A stretch of DNA of 64,000 nt from Tidjanibacter sp. (lineage in GTDB: Bacteria > Bacteroidota > Bacteroidia > Bacteroidales > Rikenellaceae), in assembly GCA_017936605.1 (NCBI GenBank), contig JAGBFH010000022.1, forward strand, positions 916 through 64,915, given 5' to 3'. Positions 57,840-64,000 of the stretch are shown one piece after another. The translations under genes were made by a program, and so were the position numbers. Under the pieces are notes generated by a model. It made no database searches. It saw nothing but the letters and a program-made list of their open reading frames with translations, and was not told the DNA's origin. Positions within the stretch are counted from its first letter, which is position 1; the number at the start of each line of letters is the position of its first letter.

Positions 57840-60221
57840 CTAAATTGTCGTCAGCACAACCTTGGTCGAGGGGCTCGCGGGGTTGTAGTCCACAATCTCC
57901 TCCAGTCGGCAGAGCACGGGCTCACCGTCAATCTTCACCAGGTAGTGGGCCCTAAAGTCGTGCTTTGTGCTGTTGGGGACCACAATCTGCTCCACCTCAT
58001 CTGGGCGCAGAGATACATAAAGAGAGAGGCGACGCGAGTGGTTGAGCGTATCTACACGCTGCCTCCAGTAGCGCTCGAGCCCCTCGACCCCCTCGCGGTC
58101 ACAGAAGAGCAGCGAGGAGGGCTCGCCCGCAAGGGACCCATCGTCGAAGAAGGTCAGAAGCGGATACTCTCGCCCCATACCCGAGGGGTACTCTAAGCTC
58201 TCGCCCACAGGGAGGGTCTTGAGTCCGCGGTAGTGGACAATCTTGGGCAGGAAGTTGTGGTAGTGGAGCGCCTCGGTCGCGGAGCTCTGCTTGTCGCCCA
58301 CCATCAGCAGTGAGGCCGAGGGCGAGGCCGAGAGGGTGCCCGAGGTGGTGAGGGAGGCTGTAAAGAGGCTGTTTTCGACCCTGCGGGTGCCCTCGGTGGC
58401 GAAGATGTTCTCTATGGCTGCACTCCACGCGCCATACTCCTCACCCGCCTCACTCTGCTCCTCGAGCTCTTCGACCGCCCTATCACCCTGACGATAGGTT
58501 AGCTGGAGCCTCTGGTGGTGGTCGCCACCAAGTTCCTCAACCACAATACCCTTTGTCACATCCACCCTCTCGGACCAATCTACCACCACCCGCGGGTCGC
58601 ACCACTCGCTGCGGGGCTCAATGCAGACCTTTCTGTCGAGCGGGTCGGTGTAGATTTGTAGGTCGAAGAGCTCCTTGAGGGCGGTGAGCAGGTCGAGCCC
58701 CGTGAAGGGGTAGTTCATAACATCGCGCCAGGAGAGTTCCGCACCCTCGGCAGGATGGGGTATGAAGATGGGGCGCAGGCTACTACCCCTGAGGAGCCTC
58801 ACCTCCAGCGGCTCTGCGGGGCCCATAAAGCAGAACATATCGAAGTACTTGGGCTCCTCGGGCGAGCACTCGCGGGCCTTGGAACGCAGGGTCACATCAA
58901 TCATCGTGTCGCCATACTCGTGGACATTGCCATCATAGATGGCCCAGTCCGACATAGGGAAGTAGGCGATGCCATCTCGGACCATCTCCAGACGCGCTCC
59001 GATGACGGGCCCAGAGAAGGAGTGAGAGAAGGTACCCTCACGGAAGGTTGTGGAGAGCAGTCGGTGCTCCTCGTAGTCGTCGGGGGTGAGGTTTGCGGGG
59101 TTGGCATTGGGATTGGTGATAACCTTGGCGTAGAGGTTATACTCGGCCCCCTCCACCATATCGAACACTATCAGCGTGTAGGTGTGATTGGCCTCCAGAG
59201 GGTACTTGCGATGGTCGGTGAAGGTGTTGCGGATGGGCACCACCACCCTATCTCCAAAGGAGGGCTGTATGGTCGAGAGGCCCTCGAGCAGCTCACGGCT
59301 CTTTATGCGGTAGCCGGTTTGGAGGCGCAGTCGGTGCTCAAAGGCCACCCACACCGGAGTGGTGGGGGTGAAGCAGATGCGCCCTGTGGAGTCCACCCCG
59401 AAGCAGCCACGATTGTAGCTCCCGTGCTCACCGTCGGGCACATCGACCAGATTGCCCACAGTCGCAAAATTGGCCAAGTGGTCGGCGTAGACCCTGCCGA
59501 ACTCATCGGCAAGAGCCACCGCCGAGTCCTCCTTCTTGAAGGCCAGGAAGTCCATCTTCTCACCCCACCCCTCATAGCTCCGCTCGCTCCATCGGCCGCT
59601 CATATAGAGCCCTCTGAAGAAGTCCGAGTCCATAAATTCCGACTCAACGGCATAGCCTGCCTTGGCGAAGATGGCCCTCACAAGCAGACCGATATTAACG
59701 AACGGGTGGTAGCTATCGGGCAGGAGGCGGTTGTGGTGGCCCTCGTCGCACACCCTACCCTCGTGCTCCACGGGAAAGAACTTCAGCATCGACTCCCCTC
59801 CTTGCAGTCCCTCACGGATAGCATCCTCGGTGTAGCTGAAACTCTCCTCGGGCAGCAGAGCCTGAATACTCTCGGCGGCGACCTTCACCCACTCGCGAGC
59901 ATTGCCGATGATATTGAAGCGATAGAAGCCCTCGGGGCCCAGTTGCGAGGCTGTGAGATAGATTGTGCCCTCCAGAATCACACACCCATCCTCCTCCACG
60001 CGTCCGGTGTGGAGCGTGTGGTTGAACATCCCAGCCGTCAGCGGTTGTTCGCAATCCCCCATAAGGCTGCGGTTGAGCGGTGTAGAGGGAATGGTGATAC
60101 TCTTGGAGTAGCCCGCACGGCCCCACGAAGTAGAGGTGAGCGAGGCCATAGAGAGCGAGATGGATATCTCCGAGGAGGTGTCCATATCGGCCTCCACATT
60201 GTCTATAAAGAGTTTTATCAT
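57840..60221 (-). CDS. Phage tail protein (baseplate/hub-like)
   Basis: MIKLFID..ADMD...RAGYSKSITIPSTPLN N-terminus and PLDRKVCIEPRSEW...VVDWSERVD, as in Bacteroidetes siphovirus tail proteins. Confidence 0.7.
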   Translation of the reverse strand: MIKLFIDNVEADMDTSSEISISLSMASLTSTSWGRAGYSKSITIPSTPLNRSLMGDCEQPLTAGMFNHTLHTGRVEEDGCVILEGTIYLTASQLGPEGFYRFNIIGNAREWVKVAAESIQALLPEESFSYTEDAIREGLQGGESMLKFFPVEHEGRVCDEGHHNRLLPDSYHPFVNIGLLVRAIFAKAGYAVESEFMDSDFFRGLYMSGRWSERSYEGWGEKMDFLAFKKEDSAVALADEFGRVYADHLANFATVGNLVDVPDGEHGSYNRGCFGVDSTGRICFTPTTPVWVAFEHRLRLQTGYRIKSRELLEGLSTIQPSFGDRVVVPIRNTFTDHRKYPLEANHTYTLIVFDMVEGAEYNLYAKVITNPNANPANLTPDDYEEHRLLSTTFREGTFSHSFSGPVIGARLEMVRDGIAYFPMSDWAIYDGNVHEYGDTMIDVTLRSKARECSPEEPKYFDMFCFMGPAEPLEVRLLRGSSLRPIFIPHPAEGAELSWRDVMNYPFTGLDLLTALKELFDLQIYTDPLDRKVCIEPRSEWCDPRVVVDWSERVDVTKGIVVEELGGDHHQRLQLTYRQGDRAVEELEEQSEAGEEYGAWSAAIENIFATEGTRRVENSLFTASLTTSGTLSASPSASLLMVGDKQSSATEALHYHNFLPKIVHYRGLKTLPVGESLEYPSGMGREYPLLTFFDDGSLAGEPSSLLFCDREGVEGLERYWRQRVDTLNHSRRLSLYVSLRPDEVEQIVVPNSTKHDFRAHYLVKIDGEPVLCRLEEIVDYNPASPSTKVVLTTI

Positions 60222-60250
60222 AGCGATTTCTTATCAGTTATTGTTGGGTT

Positions 60251-61243
60251 CTACCATAGTTGACTCTTTCTCGAGGGGCGCAGGGTCACATCTATCGACA
60301 TAGCCCCCTCGCCACTACATCTACACACCGACTCCTCAATGGTGCAGGGCCTCCACTCATCGCCCTCGAGCCTCCAGAGGCGGGGTGCCGAAGTAAGCCC
60401 CCTCACAAAGTCCATCTCGCCACGCGAGAGCAGACCGCTACGGAGCCTCAGGCGACTCCAACTCTCCACCGCGAGTGTGTGGGTGCCACTCAGGGTGTCG
60501 CTCTCGCGCCTCTCCACCTGCTGGTGCTCCTCGGGCTGCGAGCGGAAGGTGTAGTGGCGCACAGCACCATAGGCATCGAGCCACGCCACACGACAATCCC
60601 CCTTTGCCGACGGCACCACAAGGTAGTCAATGACACCCTTGAGCAGGCCGCCAATCCACACCCTCAGATCCAACTCCACACTCTCCTCCTGCTGGTCGAG
60701 TGCCGAGCGCAAATCCTCAAACGAGTAGGTCAGCGTATAGAGGCCCGAGGAGGGGCACACATAGCGCAGCAGACGCTCGGAGGTGTCGCTCTGGGGGGTT
60801 GTAACATCCACAATGACACCATCATCCTCCTTCAGATAGAGCGACAATTCGTCAAACTCGTCGGGAGAAATGACCCTTCGCTGTCGGGCAGGACCCACCA
60901 TTGCCGAGGGCTCCAAGGCCACCACATTGGCCCCAAACCTCGCCAGAGCACTTCGCTCTCCATCCTCACCCACGGCAACACTCAGTGCCACCTGGCGACC
61001 CGCGGGCTGCTCCAACCTCAGAGAGCCTCGCACCACTGGCTGGGGGTCCAACATACGACGAATGATTGCTCGGGGCGAGGAGTCAATCACCGAACGCCCC
61101 GCATAGCGACGAGCACCCAACCTCTGGCCCTCGCTGTCGAAGAAGTATATCTCGGTACTCTCCGCAGGGTCCACCTCCTCGAAATGGAAATAGTTGTCGG
61201 CCAAAATGGGGCTAAAGTCGGCCGGAATAGATATCAATTTCAT
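60251..61243 (-). CDS. Phage tail protein (distal-tail-like)
   Basis: C-terminal VAWLDAYGAVRHYTF...LRSGLLSRGEMDFVRGLTSAPRLW pattern. Confidence 0.6.
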   Translation of the reverse strand: MKLISIPADFSPILADNYFHFEEVDPAESTEIYFFDSEGQRLGARRYAGRSVIDSSPRAIIRRMLDPQPVVRGSLRLEQPAGRQVALSVAVGEDGERSALARFGANVVALEPSAMVGPARQRRVISPDEFDELSLYLKEDDGVIVDVTTPQSDTSERLLRYVCPSSGLYTLTYSFEDLRSALDQQEESVELDLRVWIGGLLKGVIDYLVVPSAKGDCRVAWLDAYGAVRHYTFRSQPEEHQQVERRESDTLSGTHTLAVESWSRLRLRSGLLSRGEMDFVRGLTSAPRLWRLEGDEWRPCTIEESVCRCSGEGAMSIDVTLRPSRKSQLW

Positions 61244-61261
61244 AAGTTCAGTATTTTAACT

Positions 61262-61672
61262 TTAGTTCATACACTCCACACACTCCATCCTCAAACTGAG
61301 GCTCACGGCACACTCGCCCGCAATGGTGAGCATACGCTCCTCGGGCTTGAGCTCCAGAAGCTCCACCGCGGCCACAGATGAGGCCTCACCCAAGAGCGCC
61401 ACAAAACTCCCTGCCGAGTCCATCAGCGAGGCCATAGCCTCACGCCTCGACTTAGCACCTATTACATTGTCGCTCATTAGTTTAATTGTGACATCATACT
61501 GCACCCTGCGCTCCTTTTCGCCCTCCATAGAGCCGGCTTCCGCCCAGGCAAAAGAGGCCATCGGAAAGCCTTTGGATAGTAGCGTTTGATGAAGGTCCGA
61601 CTCGAGGGTCGGATTGTACCCGAGGCTCTCGGCAATGGACCATAGGGCCGTAAATAAGGATTTGTAACTCAT
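61262..61672 (-). CDS. Putative tail completion/terminator protein
   Basis: 136 aa, first gene of the operon; size and alpha/beta pattern fit, no firm motif. Confidence 0.45.
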   Translation of the reverse strand: MSYKSLFTALWSIAESLGYNPTLESDLHQTLLSKGFPMASFAWAEAGSMEGEKERRVQYDVTIKLMSDNVIGAKSRREAMASLMDSAGSFVALLGEASSVAAVELLELKPEERMLTIAGECAVSLSLRMECVECMN

Positions 61673-61702
61673 AGTTCAGAAACTTGTTTTCGTTGTTTAT
61701 TA

Positions 61703-61718
61703 GTTCAATTTCTGAACA
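61703..61718. promoter_or_regulatory. Candidate repressor operator, copy 2
   Basis: GTTCA-ATTTC-TGAAC(A); 13/15 identical to 7545-7559; overlaps the predicted transcription start. Confidence 0.6.
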
Positions 61719-61747
61719 AAGGTAGTGCAAGCAGCGCCGCTTGTCAA
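61717..61747 (-). promoter_or_regulatory. Promoter of the phage-like structural operon
   Basis: - strand TTGA (61744-61747), 19 nt, TACCTTTG (61717-61724). Confidence 0.7.
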
Positions 61748-61879
61748 GCACTATTTTCCCTACGGATGACACATTTTTCCTCTTTTCTTGAATACAAACG
61801 AGCACAATAGACAGTGCACCAACAAGATAAGAATAGTGCAATTTTTCAACTTTTATTGAACTTTTTGCCGAAAGCAGAA

Positions 61880-62160
61880 AGTTGAAAGTTGACAATTGAA
61901 AATGGAAAATTGAAAATTAAGGTCCTTAAGGTCCTTAAAGTCCCTAAGGACTTATAGGGCTTATAGGACATATAGGGCATATAGGCCCTTTTGGCCCTTT
62001 TAGCCCTTTGGGCCCTTTGGGCCCTTTATTCCCTCCCCTAAGTTAGGGGAGGGTGAGCGAAGCTCGGGAGAGGTCTGTTGGCGGGCAGAGAGTTGAAAGT
62101 GAGTATAGGGCTTATGGGGCTTATAGGTCTTATAGGTCTTATAGGTCCCATTGTCGGTCG
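61880..62160. repeat. 7-mer and 9-mer mosaic plus REP-like palindrome
   Basis: (AATTGAA)n, (TAAGGTCCT)n, (CTTATAGGG)n, (GGCCCTTTT)n; CCCTCCCCTAA-G-TTAGGGGAGGG at 62031-62053. Confidence 0.9.
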
Positions 62161-62171
62161 TCGGCCAACAA

Positions 62172-62211
62172 AAAACCTCACGGGTATCAGAAACGATACC
62201 CGTGAGGTTTT
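62172..62211 (-). terminator. groEL terminator
   Basis: AAAACCTCACGGGTATC-N6-GATACCCGTGAGGTTTT; T run on the - strand. Confidence 0.85.
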
Positions 62212-62232
62212 GCTATGTATGTTGCGCCGCGA

Positions 62233-64000
<1,768 letters not shown>

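Noticed and set aside
6813-61672. One intact 55-kb prophage
   Set aside because: The interval between the two modules is filled with core genes (rplU, era, obgE, suf, infB); no integrase, att pair or replication genes are visible.
52106-61672. Contractile injection system, tailocin or encapsulin
   Set aside because: No sheath or wedge-type genes are recognisable; portal, prohead protease, capsid and a terminase point to a DNA-packaging head.
61845-61860. TTCAA-N6-TTGAA as a third operator
   Set aside because: Half-site spacing differs from the two promoter-linked copies and it lies in AT-rich DNA away from the -7 element.

Overview
This is a ~60% GC chromosomal window from a Bacteroidota bacterium, probably Rikenellaceae/Alistipes-like (inferred from TAnnTTTG promoters, A/T-rich non-Shine-Dalgarno starts and gene content). 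Most of it is housekeeping: tRNA-Thr, umuDC, rplU-rpmA, trkA, era, obgE, nadE, tmk, sufBCDS, rimP-nusA-infB and groEL. The main finding is a split, host-ameliorated phage-like system with no integrase, replication genes or att sites visible in the window. One part is a structural operon between groEL and rimP (52106-61672: tail-type genes, a 55-aa tape-measure-like remnant missed by the ORF track, ClpP-type head protease, major capsid, putative major tail protein, portal, adaptor, holin). The other part lies about 42 kb away (6813-10207): an autocleavable CI-like repressor facing an orphan gene and a terminase large subunit fused in frame to an N-acetylmuramidase endolysin. Both promoters carry the same palindrome (TTCAATTnnTGAACA), which suggests one repressor controls both loci. 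This is the architecture expected of a domesticated gene-transfer-agent-like particle; that interpretation is inference, not demonstrated. Separately, the intergenic DNA is built from several families of dispersed structured repeats: a ~100-bp covarying hairpin right after stop codons, a double hairpin just before start codons, 9-bp-period arrays and a REP-like palindrome. All family assignments come from motif recognition; no database searches were run.
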